The notes: generated by a model not told the origin, from the sequence alone. Positions 1-13,644 are shown, counted from the first letter of the whole stretch. The stretch is 63,393 nt of DNA, filler included, from Choristocarpus tenellus KU-1152 (GCA_964200185.2; 14 parts of 14 records of this genome joined end to end with filler, not necessarily neighbours in it); one strand, 5' to 3'. A program made the numbers and translations.

Positions 1-10
1 GGGGGGGGGT

Positions 11-44
<34 letters not shown>

Positions 45-59
45 GGTGGGGGGGTGGGG

Positions 60-221
60 GTTGTGGGGGGATTGTGAGGGGGTGTCCGTTTCGATCGAAC
101 GATTATTTTTTTTCCTGACATTTCAAATCCGACACGTGCGACCAAATCACACCAAAAAAATGAAAGTCGAAGAAAGGGTGAAAAACAGACGCCGACACCT
201 ACCCCCCAGATACTTTGACCC
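60..221 (-). mobile_element. MITE family B copy (partial, at contig start)
   Basis: Reverse complement of 939-1105 (gaaatgtca/ccgacacgtgcgaccaaatc); ends in CCCCCCAGATACTTTGACCC. Confidence 0.8.
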
Positions 222-938
222 TGCAAACCCCTCATCGCAATTGACACTGGTCTTACCCACATTCTCAGTCAGCAGAGTCGAGACCATAAAGACCCTTGTA
301 ATATTGACTTTGTTCATCTACATCAAGCTGTTCTTTGTCCTTCTTTAAAGCACCATCAAAGCCGTGGGTCCAGTGTGGGATAGTTCAACAACGCCCAACC
401 GAGTAGGACTTGATAATTAATTGCAATGTGAACTTTGTACTGAGAAAAAAACTTCTGCTTGCATTTATGTACAGGTAGCAAACTATTAGGAGTATCTGTG
501 GTGACAGGTTAGTCAGGCAGAACATATCGATGCAGAGAAAGTAGGATTTTTCTTAGCTTTGTTATATTTTTATGTAGAAGATGGATTACATCCTGTATTA
601 TGCTAAGTACAGGTTCTACCATATACACCGAAGTATATTATTATTACTGTCACAGGTCTATTTTTGGGATCTCCCACACACATTTTGTGGATATGGTACA
701 CAGTGATGAACACATGCGCGCGCTAACCACGTCATTGAACTGGGCCCATATTGACCAGTCCGCAAAACCCGACACATCCACAAGATCCAGATTTGACCAA
801 ACAGTCAGAAGGACTGTCAGAGCTAGGAACCATTCCGATTCTCATTGATCCAATTTCCTGCTGTGACATTGCTCAGTCATTCTGTGACATCTGTTGTACA
901 GTAAGGTTTCGGTTCTATTCTGAATTTCCTCAACTGAT

Positions 939-1105
939 GGGTCAAAGCATCTGGGGGGGGGGTTGTCGGCGTCACCCTTTCTTCGATTTTCACTTTTTTG
1001 GTGGGATTTGGTCGCACGTGTCGGATTTGAAATGTCAAGAATTTTTTTTTTGACCGAAACGGACGCCCCCTCACAAACCCCCCCCCCCCCCAGATACTTT
1101 GACCC
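939..1105 (+). mobile_element. MITE family B (poly-G subterminal, PIF/Harbinger-like)
   Basis: TIRs GGGTCAAAGCATCTGGGGGG / CCCCCCAGATACTTTGACCC; flanked by TGAT on both sides; further copies at 60-221 and 11250-11351. Confidence 0.85.
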
Positions 1106-1165
1106 TGATGTTGGGATGCTGGGTGAAGACCTGAAAAACTCGGTCTCATCCTCTGAGGTGGAAGA

Positions 1166-1343
1166 GGTTCAAAGTATCTGGGGTGGGGTGGCTGCTGTCC
1201 TTTTGGGGGCAATTTTTTCATGTCGCGATTTTTGGGTGATCTGGTTGCATACGTCAAATGGATAACGTACGTGCATTTTTCCTGGTTTTGTCCCAAATGG
1301 ACACCCTGGTGTAGACCGCCCCCCCCCCTAGATACTTTGGGTC
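1166..1343 (+). mobile_element. MITE family C (PIF/Harbinger-like)
   Basis: TIRs GGTTCAAAGTATCT / AGATACTTTGGGTC; 3-bp TSD AGA (1163-1165 and 1344-1346); homologous to 10963-11146, 47162-47340, 58094-58133 and 60476-60517. Confidence 0.85.
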
Positions 1344-2700
1344 AGAGTTCAGTCTGGTGATTGTAATCGCCCCCTTTTGCAGAGAGCCTTGGCGCTTTGA
1401 CACTTCCACATTAGTGTTATCTGAGAGGCTATATGGTACCCATGCTTTAGAAATACTCCTTGCACTCCTTGGAATTGGGATGAGAGAAGAATATAGTAAG
1501 AGTTGACCCATAGAAAATGCTAACCACATAGTTACATATTCCTATCTACTCTAGGGTCTACCTACGCTGAGGCTGTCTGGAGTATGGGATATTAGATCAA
1601 TTATCTACCGTATACCTAACTTAACAAGGGTTTTGTGTAAAAAAAATAGAAGGCAGACAGGGATCGGACGCATGTACTATTGATAACACTATTTGAGCAC
1701 ATGCACAACCAGCTTTGATTGAACGAATGAATGTATAGTACTCGTAAATCTAAGTGTCCTACAACACCGCTTCATCCATTCTACGCAATATAGTAATACT
1801 ATCCTAAGTACGTTCTGCGACGAGACTTAAATGTTGTTGTAGTTTCGATCTAATCAAGTAAGGGGTTCGGTTTTTGCTCACCCTCCTTATCCTCACCTGG
1901 GGAGGACTACTAGTACACAATTATCATATCCATGCCATTCTAAAAGACACAACCAGCCAAGATCAACCCCCCCCGAAAGTGCGAATGGGGTCAAGCACGA
2001 ACAGACTTTTGGCTCTAGTCTCCTCTCGTCATCACCAGGAGTGTGTGATACCAGCAATGAAGGATGATGCGAAGAAGATGCCATTTGTTTAGCAGGAAGA
2101 AATGCACAAAATATCAGAGGAGGATGATACATAGTAGATAAATCTTGGAACACTCCTTCCTCGGTGCATATTTTCCAAAAGCTGACTTTGTTGAACTACT
2201 TCAGATTCCTTATGCAGCACGTTAGTACAGAGCCTTAACTGAATAAGAGTGTACCTTTTCTTTGTTCTGCACAAAAGGTATTATACCTTTTTTCACTACC
2301 ACACACAACCCTGCACACATACACAATATATCACAACAGCTAACAGTGCATAACTCAAGGGTCCCAACAAACGGATATTCTGGTACCTGCAAGAGAGACG
2401 ATTCCATATGTTTGCAAACGGAAATCCTCTGGTAACACAGAACCAACAAGAGTAATGTGGCCTCTATCAAACTATAGAGTTTTGCCTCATGTAACAAGAT
2501 GCGCAACACACCGTGTCATCCCTCTCGGTAAATCTCATCAAATACCCCCCTTACAGGTCCTTGTATGACTGGTTGCTGGTGGGGAAAGCTTGCAAACAAG
2601 CAATGTACCCCAGGCAAAACTGCTTTTCCTAGACTTAAACGACCCAAAGTATCTGGGGGGGGGGGGGGGGGGGCAAAAACGAGGGGAAACTTTGGACCAA

Positions 2701-2800
2701 NNNNNNNNNNNNNNNNNNNNNNNNNNNNNNNNNNNNNNNNNNNNTTAATTAATTAANNNNNNNNNNNNNNNNNNNNNNNNNNNNNNNNNNNNNNNNNNNN
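2701..2800. other. Artificial contig linker (N44-TTAATTAATTAA-N44); first of 13
   Basis: Identical 100-nt spacers with stops in all six frames at 2701, 6584, 11149, 14460, 21276, 23935, 31564, 39901, 42557, 47355, 50027, 53441 and 57994; they split the window into 14 contigs. Confidence 0.99.
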
Positions 2801-3084
2801 GCAGCGGACCAAAGCGCAAGAGATGAGTTAAATGTGAACCGGCCCGGCACGCCATAAGGGGGGGGGGGGGGGGTGGGAGGATCCAATTCATGAGGGGGAA
2901 CAGAACAAATTTCATCAAACTGCCAGGCACAAGATGCCTCAGCAGAAGAGGAGGGAAATACAGCAGCTTCAAGATGGGCAAAGGTTTTGAATATGAAAAA
3001 AAAGGGTTGCAAGGGGAAGGATAGGATAGCCAAAAAAAAAAAAGTAGGAACAGTTATCTCCAAAGGTGGGCACATCACTCCTAC

Positions 3085-4505
3085 CTGGTCATCCTTTGAT
3101 GAACGTAGGCGGTCCACTTCTGTTGTGCGTAAGTCGGCAGTTTCCCATGCTGAGCGGTTTTCATCCTTGAGCTTAGTGATCTCTCTAGCCGCCGATGCTA
3201 GCTTATCCTCAGCCTCGACCTTGGCCTTGCCAACACTACAATCAAGGTGGGACAATCGAGGTGGGTCGGTCAACGTGACAGGGGGAAGGGGAGGGTGGTA
3301 GTAGAGGGATCATCTCGTTGAGCACTAGTGTTAAGTATGAAATGTTAACGAGTACATCATGTGGGGTAGAGGGGAGGAAGGGAAGAGAACAGACACGCCT
3401 TCTCATACGGGTGCAAGAAGAGGTCAAAGCAAGGATTTAAAAACTACGTTCTTACTTCATTGTGGACAGCTGAAGTTGTTCTTGTTAGTTTAAATAGATA
3501 CCGGGAATATTTCACTTCCAAATCCGCAAAGAAAAGAGCATCTCAACATCTTGACAGAGTGTTGGGAAGGAGGGGGGGAGGGATGGGGGGGGGGTACTAA
3601 ACGTGGAACTGCATTTGCGCTTGAAATTACTTTGAAGTAATCGAAACAGCGCTGCACGAACTTGCATCTTGATATCAACGCAGCAGACCGTATAGTGTTT
3701 CCTCCCCTTAATAGATACTCTAATGAAGAAGCATGTTGATCTTACAACCAGGCCAATAAGTGGAATGATGAGCACATGCTCCTCGCAAAGATTGAAATTC
3801 TCCTACACAACGTTTTCCTCGCTATGATTAGGTTACTATTCCATCAAACATGTTCCTCACGCACCTCTCTAAGTCGGACGACGTTTTCTCTAAGCGCCCC
3901 TGCAGATCACCCTTCGCGGCACGTAGCACTCCGATCTCCCGTTCCATGGCGACCACCTTGGTGATGTATGGGTGACCATGTCGGGGAATATGGAGGGAAG
4001 CGCAATAGGATCAACGATGTGTGCTTGGGGAGGGGTAGTCAACGATCTATCGGTGGTCTTTGAGGGGAAGGGGGACATATACGGTGCCACAACAATTTGA
4101 AGGTTAGAAAGTGGAGTATTCAATGGACACTTGCCTTCACAATGATCGAAATGCTGCAGCAACAGTAGTAAGTTGCGTGGGGTTTTGCTGATTGAGTACT
4201 GCAAAATACTGAATATGGGATTAGAAGGATAACCTAGCGGCACACCATTGCACTGTCTGCAGGTCATGTTAAATGATCACCAGCAGAGACTCTCGGCTTT
4301 TACAAGTTGGCAGATACATGGCACAGTACCTTGCCTTGTTTGGAAAACAAAGGCCCATGTGCGCGTGAAGATAACATCAAATATGATTCGACTACACAGG
4401 TTCCTTCTTTTTACAAGGAAACCATGCACGCTAATACCTGGGACTGGAGGCTCTCCTGTTGCTTCGCCATATCATGGAGCCTTTGCTCCACATCATCATC
4501 CATAG
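3085..4505 (-). CDS. Internal exons of a coiled-coil protein of unknown function (exons ~4438-4505, 3865-3899, 3085-3235)
   Basis: GT-AG bounded exons with compatible phases join to ...MDDDVEQRLHDMAKQQESLQSQ|GRLEKTSSDLES|VGKAKVEAEDKLASAAREITKLKDENRSAWETADLRTTEVDRLRSSKDDQ; heptad, E/K/Q-rich composition. Confidence 0.55.
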
Positions 4506-6809
4506 CTTGCCACAGTAGTCACGACCGCCCACCGATTCCTAGTTTGAATTGCACGGATTGGAAGCGGCGGGCAAGAGGAAGAGCCCAAACCTTTGAGGTG
4601 GCTCAACCACGACCCAAGAAGATTCCCAGGTCAGCAAAGCCACCACCCGTAGATACCTACGGTGAAGAGCGCCAAAGTCTATCTAAGGTGACAAAGAAAT
4701 ATATATACACCTCCGGGGGAGCAAGTTCAAGACTAGGATATAATATTTCATATATGGAGGTCTATTGTATGGGGTATAATCTACTACATAATAAATAGTA
4801 TTAATAGCGCTAATATAAAAAATAATATTGTCTCTGTTGTTGTTGTGTTGGATGTTTAGGAGGTTCAACTATCAACGAAACATCCGAGTATGACCGTTTA
4901 TAACAGAAGTATGTTAAGGGTTAGGGTGTTGGAAATTGGAGAAGATGGGTTTTGATTTGGATGTAGCAAAAGAAGATACATTCATGGATGCATGGTTATA
5001 TTTGTGTCAGAGGTTTCGGTCACACAAGGTCCATAAGCCCACCCCGCTCACATTTTCTAGTTTGGCACATATTATTTTAGCATTTTATATTCAAAGCGTT
5101 GGTTTTAGTTGTTAGTGTTAGTGTTGGTGTTAGTCCTAGCTAGCTAGATAGAGTCAAACAATTGAGAGGCGAGCAGGTTAGGACCCTGTTGCATTCAAGC
5201 CACGTTTCTTAGTCCGGTGCAATACACTATTCAATTGCTTCTTGTGTAGAATAGTGTATGCAAAACTGATATTCCCCCTTAACACACACAAAGGAAGACT
5301 GCAATGCAACAATGGCTCTTTCTGCAAAGGTACAAAATTGCATCTTTTGACTCTTCTTGGGATCCTAAAATTCCAACCCTGCCTACCCCTCAGCTTGACT
5401 CTTAGTGTTAGAGTTAGGTTTAGGGTTTGGGCTAGGGTTGGGGTTGGGGTTGGGGTTAGTGCTGTTGAAGTATTCCACATGGATCCGTGGTTAAGATGAT
5501 CAATTGTGTGCCTTATCGAAGGACAATGTGTGGCTTGGTGTGAATATATAATATCAGTGTTACAGAGGGCTCGTGGTCGCAATTCGGTTGACTGATCTAG
5601 TAGGGGCTGAGGGTTCCCATTACTTTCTATAGTTTGGGGGTTGCAATCGTCTACACTATGAACCACTTGCTTTATCTTCAGTATGACAAGCATATCTAGA
5701 ACAGAACATTAATTACTGGACACCAACCAGTCAATACATCCGGTATGTCATGTTATACATATACATAAGTACACAGACAGAATGTTCTGACTTCGTAGCA
5801 TTGTACTGGTATGTCCATGACCAGCTCTCTATCATCTTATCTACTCTACTGGTTGTGTCTATAGTATATCAGGAGTAGTACTATCCACGAACAAAGGTTG
5901 TGGTTAGGGTATGGTTAGGGATAGAAACATTCATATGAGTGGGAGTGCCCCTATAAACTTGGGCATCTGATGCCCACCAAACACCATATATTACGTGTTG
6001 CTGACTTTTTGCAGGTATTAATAATGTAGAGGTTGTCGTGTAGTGAACAAGGAGTAACCTATAACACAAGACAGAGAATACAGCAAACATTTTTTGCAGA
6101 GAATACAGCAAAGACAACATTAACAGGGCCTTTACTACTATCAGTCGTATCTAATAGTGATATTGAACAAAACAGATGTGACTTCTCCGCAGTATTTCTC
6201 AGATCTTCAGGGATCCTAGGAAATTCCTCCTGCAGTTAATTTGTAGTAATATAAACTTTACAAACTCTGGGGTCGCTGTTGAGGTAAGCTACAATGTTAG
6301 TATTGTATTATTAAGACGTTGGGCATGGCCGCAGAAATTACACTCCAACGTCAGGTGGGTAGAGCCCCTATCCAAGTCGTGATCAAATGGCTTGACCTAG
6401 CGTTTGCAGTCCCAGCATACCAAACAAGGGAGGTTATGTATCGGTCCTCAAACGTGCGGCTTGACATATGAAGAAACGTATTCAACAGGGGATTCGCAAA
6501 ATTGAGGATGGAGGGGGGCTATGAGGATGGTTCTGCGAAAACGGTCTTTAAAAAGTACCGAAATGTTTTTTTTTGCGACTGTANNNNNNNNNNNNNNNNN
6601 NNNNNNNNNNNNNNNNNNNNNNNNNNNTTAATTAATTAANNNNNNNNNNNNNNNNNNNNNNNNNNNNNNNNNNNNNNNNNNNNGCTCCCCCCCCGGGGGG
6701 GCCGTCTGTCCTTGTACATTTGGCTTGGTCGAGGTCGCTTCCAAATCGTAGCGATGCCCTCCACAAGCACCGAAATATTTTTTACCAAAAATATATATGC
6801 ACTTTCCGC

Positions 6810-8120
6810 GCACCATTCCGGGTCTTGCCCATCCTCAATAAAAAGCTCCATCCTCAATTTTGATGATCGGCCGTTAAATGTACAGATTATTTTTCTTCTC
6901 TTCGACAATCACAGCCTCCTAACTGATGGGAGTTAGCTAGCTTAATTTCAGGCATGGTAAGGGGTGGCAGGAAGTTTGAACTACAAAGTAATCAAGGGTC
7001 CATATCTTCCCATCTAAGATAGGATTTTCAGTGCCTTAAAATCGCCACTACTAATTTCTGGGCTTTTCGTCAGGGTAAGAAGGTAGCAAGTCCACTGTCA
7101 GCCATATGCCCGTGGGCTGGTCCGTGGCCTGGTCATGTTGAAAAGGTAAATGTAATGGAAAGGATGATGTTCGAACTTGGTTATATGTGGTTGGTAATGG
7201 TCCTGGTCGCATGGAGCAGGCGATGGCCATGGACTCGGTCTTCTTCGAACTTGGTTGTACATGCCGTCGAGTAACTGTAGTTATGCGGAGTAAGCGATGG
7301 CCATGGACTTGGCCATGATAGAACATTTTTATTTGTGGTTAATCAGGTAATATATTTTTTACACTCAGGTCAGCCACGTTATGGTCGTGGTTCCTATTTT
7401 ATATTCTATCCTAAATGTTAGACTTTTACTATAATATATATAGTGATATCTCTATATTATGTTACATTGTTTTATTTAGAATATTAAAATTGAAAATTTA
7501 ATACAAACGCTTTCTTGGTTGTGTGAGGTGACTTCTGATCTGTTTGTGTATGTCTCACATTCATGTTTGTATAACACGTACTTAACATGGTTGGACATGC
7601 CAGAAAAAAAATGAACTGATGGGGGTCCATGGTCTGGACATGTAAGGAAAAAGTTAGGTTGGCCAGTCAGTGGGTATGGATCCTTACAATACCCTGTGGA
7701 CACGGTTCGGACATGTCACAGAATGTTTTTCCTGGTCAGGCACGCGGATATGAACCGGTTCTATATGTATTGGACATGGACCAGTACAAGTTAAAGAGAT
7801 GTGGGACCGGTCCGGACATGGACATGGACATGGACCGGTTCAATATGTAGTAGACATGGACTGGGACATGTTCAACAAATTGTGGGACTAGTCTGGACGA
7901 TGGAATGGACTTTTAAATTTTGCTGGTCTGGTCATTATCCCTGATTAATTTTTGTGTATCCGTCCTAGTCGCAGGGAATTTTACTTCATTTAGAAGGGCT
8001 TAAATAGACCCATCTAAGATAGGATGGCTTTCCGACTTGAAATCTCCACTTGTGCCACGATGGACATAATCTGTTGCAAGTGCATATTCACTTTAGTCTG
8101 GTGAATATCTGGACACGTGG
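6810..8120 (-). repeat. Dispersed repeat / probable non-autonomous TE with many TGGACATG-type subrepeats
   Basis: 6825-6876 is the near reverse complement of 59542-59595; the TGGACATG/TCCGGAC-rich interior resembles 59650-60440; a related motif (AAAATTGAGGATGGAG) occurs at 6498-6513. Confidence 0.6.
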
Positions 8121-10962
8121 TCAGAGACACCCCGCACTGTATGCACTACTTCTCATACCAGCCATTGTAACTGTCTGTTGCACGAAGACAAATTATACTT
8201 CCTCCTTTTTGTGACTTATCTCACCACTCGGTTTAGCTATCCCGCTGGTCATTGCTCCGAATTGTCCCTCGAATTATTGTTCTGAACACACCTTGGTATA
8301 GCTTGGCAGTGAAACCTTGCCCACTCGCTCTAGGTCCATTGTTTCTGGTGTACTGTGACAGATAGGATAGTACATAGTGTATAAAATCTCTAGTGCTCGA
8401 AAGGGTGGATTTTATATACTCGAAACTAGATTTCCTTGAAAAGAAGTGTGACATAGATGGATTCGAACCCCAAAGCTCATATCTTGTAGAAGAAAGTCTC
8501 CACTAACCCCCGATCAGCGTTCAGTCAACCCTTGAGTACTGGAATGGCAGGTAAGGTTGGTGAAAAACTCTATCTGCAGAAGAATATACCACAGCCAAGG
8601 ATACTGCAGATAGGTGTAACATTAGGCAAGAGCATGTCAACAGCATGGGAGAATACATACACAGGCGTTTTTCTAGAATCAGCTTTGGAAGTATTGCCAC
8701 CTTCCACACAGAGTTGTTACCAGGAGGGTTATGTGCAAGTGACCAACCTCAAGCATTTTTTTTGAAGGTCTGATAGGAGAACAGGGATGTGCATGTCAGC
8801 AATAGCACACACGCTCCCAAATGCCATCTTCAAGAAGGCGTTGAAGGTGGCTGATAAACAGCTCAAATGGGTGAGGACGATCATCTTGCAGGAGTTCCTT
8901 GACGGCAGTAAGGTGGAAGGCCATTATTAATGGGGGGATCAGAGCTAAAGTTGAACATCTTCTTCATTGCAGTCTAAGTGTATTGGTCAGAGAGTTCAAC
9001 TCTGATCCGACCATTCCCAAGGACCTTGCTGTCAGCGAAAACAATAAGATAAGAGGAGGAAGAGTGACAGGGATTGGGGTAACACTTGAGTGGTGCCAGT
9101 GAGGTATGCTTTATGCTGACGATGAGGGAAATGTGTCTAAGACCAAAAGAAGTTTGACGAGAATGATGACAGTGACTGCGAAGGTGGCAAGGTCTTCTGG
9201 ATAGTGTCTGAGTTGAAGATTCTTCCAACACGGATATTGTGGGGCCTGACCAGGTATACAGGAATTTCAAACTTTGGGAGGACCTTGCTGCTGGCTAGCT
9301 TGGACAAGGTATATTTTGTAAACATCAGGGGGAATCTCCTTTTTAGCCCCTGTTTATATATGTGCCTGTAAAAGCACAAAAAAGTGAAATGATAAAAAAC
9401 ATACTATCTGCTTAGTATATGATGTATTTGTATTAAAAAGTCTTGACCCCATATTAAGAATACTACTGTTTCGTGTATAGTATTTTGTAGGGACCAAAGT
9501 AATGTCCGACTTGCGACCCCGAAAAAGATAGTGTACACCTGATCCTTCCAGTTTCCAACAGCAGTATTAGAGTACGAATCGTAGATGCCCATGGAGTGAA
9601 ACGATTTCTACTTTATTTTGTGCTAGTTCGAAGCACTATTAACACTCATTACAAGTAATAGAGCAGATGATGTAAATAAATCGCTAAAATATTAGGAAGA
9701 AGAGATAGTTGTGGACGAGCAAGCGCATTAATGTATTCATAGTAGGAGTACTCGAGTAGTTATGTTACAGGCGAATAGGGCAGGTATTTCTTCCCATGCT
9801 TTAACCAGCGCGAGCAGTATACGCGCGTGGGGAACCCCAAAAGGGGGAACTCCGATTTGCCTAAAAGTTGCAGAATATACTGTAACTCGGGTAGTTGCAG
9901 AGGGTCACGGATGGATGGTCGGAAAGGGTTCTCAGATATATGCCAGTATTTGTAAACACGAATAAACCCCAAACGGTAAATGATGATTAGAGTTCCTAAA
10001 AACGGCTCAAAGCGGCTCAGTTCTTCTGACCTAAAAAGACCCACAGAGCTCACTCTCTTATCTGATACCAAACTCTATATACGTTTCTTATACTGATTGA
10101 TTCATTTGAGAGTAACCCTGTTCTGCTGAGCTGACGTTCGATAAACTGTGAATTGGACTTGACTTGTACATCCTGTGGAGGTGAGCATCGAGGGGCGCCT
10201 GTAACAGTTCTGGTTGGACCACAAGAACATCAACCCATTTTGACATGATTCATCCTCATAACATTGCTAGGAGCGTATGGACCAGGACACCTCTATGCTC
10301 CATGCTGGGAGAGTGAATCGCTCTTTATAATTTACTAATGTAGGTTGCACAACCAACAGATTACTCGTGGGTTTCTTCAGCCTATAATTGTACTATGGGC
10401 TATTCTAAAAAAAAAATCCCCAAACTCAAGCACCTACAAGTATTTGTGCGTGGGCATGTTGTCGGGGTTAGTATTTTCTCAACTACTCCTATAATGACCA
10501 ATTATTCTCGTCCTGAATGTGCAGCAGATACCCCCCATGCGTGTCTGCATGTTATGTTTAATAAATATATTATGCGTAGTAATATAATAGTATTTATCCA
10601 TCCACCCGTCATACATATCTAGATGTAGGTATTTTGCTCACAACAACAACAACAGTGGTAGTCGTGGGTTTTCACGCAAAGGACACCCCGTCCTGCAACT
10701 GTCTTAAGTTTTGCAGTTTTCTCTCTGCTACTGATAACAACTTGCAAGTTCAGAGAAGAGGAGGGTCGACAAGACTGATGGAATGATGGTACTAGTGGTA
10801 GCAGTGTAGTCGAGGCCTTCCTCCCGTTACATCTATTATACTACTGCAATTTAATAGTTAAGTATCACGTTCCCGACACACTCTAGACTTGCTTTGCACT
10901 TTGAGTTACCAAAAGCAAAAAAAGGTGCCTTGCATCGATCCTTTCTCTCTTTTAGTGGGTGG

Positions 10963-11146
10963 GACCCAAAGTATCTGGGGGCGGGGGCGGTCTACACCAG
11001 GGTGTCCATTACCAAAACCGGGAAAAGTGCATTTACATTATCCATCCGACGTGTGCAACCAAATCACCCAAAAATCACGATATGGAAAAAAATGATCCCA
11101 AATGTACAGCCGCCACCCCCCCCCCCCCCCCAAAACTTTTAAACCC
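10963..11146 (-). mobile_element. MITE family C copy
   Basis: Reverse complement of 1166-1343; starts GACCCAAAGTATCTGGGG. Confidence 0.8.
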
Positions 11147-11249
11147 TANNNNNNNNNNNNNNNNNNNNNNNNNNNNNNNNNNNNNNNNNNNNTTAATTAA
11201 TTAANNNNNNNNNNNNNNNNNNNNNNNNNNNNNNNNNNNNNNNNNNNNT

Positions 11250-11351
11250 GGTCGCACGTGTGTCGGATTTGAAATGTCAGCAAAAAAAAGAGTTGTTTGA
11301 CCGAAACGGACGCCCCCTCGCAAACCACACCCCTCCCCCAGATACTTTGAC
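11250..11351 (+). mobile_element. MITE family B copy (3' part)
   Basis: Matches ~1010-1103; ends CCCCAGATACTTTGAC. Confidence 0.8.
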
Positions 11352-12231
11352 GCATAGAGATCCTTGTCTGTCCCAATCTGTGTCCTGTTGCCACGTCGGT
11401 TGCACCATGTATATGTCGTGATATGTTGCAGTTTAGTTGGTCGATGATAAACATGTAATAATGATTCATCTATAGCGTGAATCGGGAATATGCGCAACGC
11501 TTGTAACGATGCAAGTCGCTTGTATGGAGTACCTCTGAGCGTACTGTTGACACAGTGCAACCAGGCGGCAAACTCTCTTGTTCATATGCGGGTCCAAGTA
11601 GCACATACCCTGAGTGGAATCATGAGACTTGATCGGATCGTGGTGCATAGTAGTTCTATTGCTCTCCCATACGGTGATTCTAAGAACATGTGTATCAGGA
11701 TGCTGCACATATCGAACTATCACGAGGAGCTGTCCCTTCCCACGTCGAATACCCTTGGTCTGCCATTTTGTCTGAGGTAACGATTGAACATGTGAAGTGG
11801 GTGTCAGTTGCGCTCCACGATATAAAGGATCATCCGAGTATCTATATTAATGATTAAGTTGTGCTTGGACATAAAGGGGACGTATTCGCCCAGGAACGAA
11901 CTTGTGTGTATCACACCGTTATTGGTTGGTGAGTAGGAACTTCCATACCTCTGGTCGGTGCCTTGTGGAGAGCATGGAAGGGCGTGAGTTTCGGATACGG
12001 GAAATGATCCTCTAGCGTTCTTGGCAGGCGCTGCAGAGGGACTGGTCTGTCGCCGCATGTCTCGTATGAATTCCGTGCGTTTCTTCGCGGACGACCTTGA
12101 TGTTTCGACCTTGATGTCGATTTTCTTGCAGTGACGGACAGAAGGGTTTGAAACGTCGATGTCACCCCGTCATCCAGTATTCCAACATCAGGAACGATGC
12201 CGACGAGGATTGAGTTGTGTCCAAAACAATG

Positions 12232-12340
12232 GATATATTGACACTTCCTAACAAACACAATGGGAAAAATCATATCAAAATCGCAACATTGGATTTTGCC
12301 CCCCAAATGGACGCGTCTCTACCCTCTAAGATATATTGTT
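12232..12340 (-). mobile_element. MITE family A partial copy
   Basis: attgacacttcctaacaaacac...aaatggacgcgtctctaccctctaagata matches the family A left end. Confidence 0.75.
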
Positions 12341-13071
12341 CTAGTTCAACGTCGTCATAGACATATTATATATAAACTTTCAATATATATGCGAAGAGAG
12401 CAAAACTCCCTTTTAAAATTTCCTATTTGATTCTCGAGGAGAAGGAAAACCCGAACTAGCCTGTTTAGGACCCTAATATATATACTACTATCTTCTTGGG
12501 GTAGAACATTCGGTAAGGGCGGTTATTCATTCGTTGATTAGGGTAAGATTGTCGTACAACCGACAAGAAAAAGAGATCGAAAAGACCATAATCCTTTGAT
12601 CAAGGGAGACTAGAAGGTGCGTATTCCTTCCACGAGGATCGGGCTCGTCTGTCGTTATCCCTGTACGCTGTACATAACACTAAATGCCGATCGTGTCGGA
12701 AGGGAAAAGGACGACAGGACTTCCTCTTCATGCAAGGTGATCAGGTGCGTATGACTCAAGAATGATGTAAGCCGACCGTGACATGTCATCCTCTCTGGAC
12801 CTGACTCAACGCACAAATTATTTTCTCTCTCTTCTTCTGTCGGTTTCCCTTGTCCCATTTGCAACGTGCCCACCCGATGCAGGCATCACGCAATAAAAGG
12901 AGAGGCTTAGTACAACCACTGAATGCCACCACCCCCCCAAAGGGAACCAGAAGGTTAATCCCCCTACCAGAAACGTGCACCCTCTGTGCAGCTTATTCGG
13001 GAGTGTTCATGAATGACCAATCTCGCAAAAACCGTCATGATATAGCGCCTTTGACAGATGCTGCGACTTTC

Positions 13072-13319
13072 GAGCCAAAGTATCTTAGAGGGTAGAGCCG
13101 CGTCCGTTTGGGACCAAAATCCAATGTTACAATTTTAACGTAATTTTGGCTCTTAGGAAGTGTCAATATCCTCGTTCCGGACACACCTTTTCATAACGTA
13201 TACATTTAACCTATTCCGAAACATTTCGGGGTAGGAAAATGTCATTAAAAACCCCATGGAAGCCAAGTCCCAAACGGACAAATAGGGTAAAACTCGTTCC
13301 CTCTAAGATACTTTCACTC
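13072..13319 (+). mobile_element. MITE family A (~250 bp, PIF/Harbinger-like)
   Basis: TIRs GAGCCAAAGTATCTTAGAGGG / CCCTCTAAGATACTTTCACTC; internal palindrome cctattccgaaacatttcggggtagg; about 10 copies in the window. Confidence 0.9.
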
Positions 13320-13644
13320 ATATTCCGACAGTTTCTATGTACACATTCCTCTCGATAAACAGTTCCAACATATTTTGTACCCAGCTTTGGTGAAAGCACG
13401 AACATGCCCCTCGCATTAGGAGTTATCTCGATATTGCTTTCTTAATGTATAGCCCAGGTTCGGCTTAGGCATAGACGGCGTTGCTGCCCACCACGCTACA
13501 TCGATTCACGCGAGATCGCCTGTACAACATCGCCATACATGAACATCCCACATCGTTCCCTACTCCAAACACAACACCTCGACTCTCACAGATTGGACAG
13601 TTTCACATTGTACACTGACGGGGGGCTCTTCTTGAGTTTTATAT

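Noticed and set aside
877-1296. ORFs containing QSIWGG / PRYFD / PLRYF peptides recurring across the window
   Set aside because: These are translations of MITE TIRs, not a protein family.
8200-9400. Possible retroelement relic
   Set aside because: No diagnostic RT, RNase H or integrase motif recovered by eye.
11400-12220. Possible endogenous giant-virus fragment
   Set aside because: Coding-like composition but no recognisable viral protein motif.
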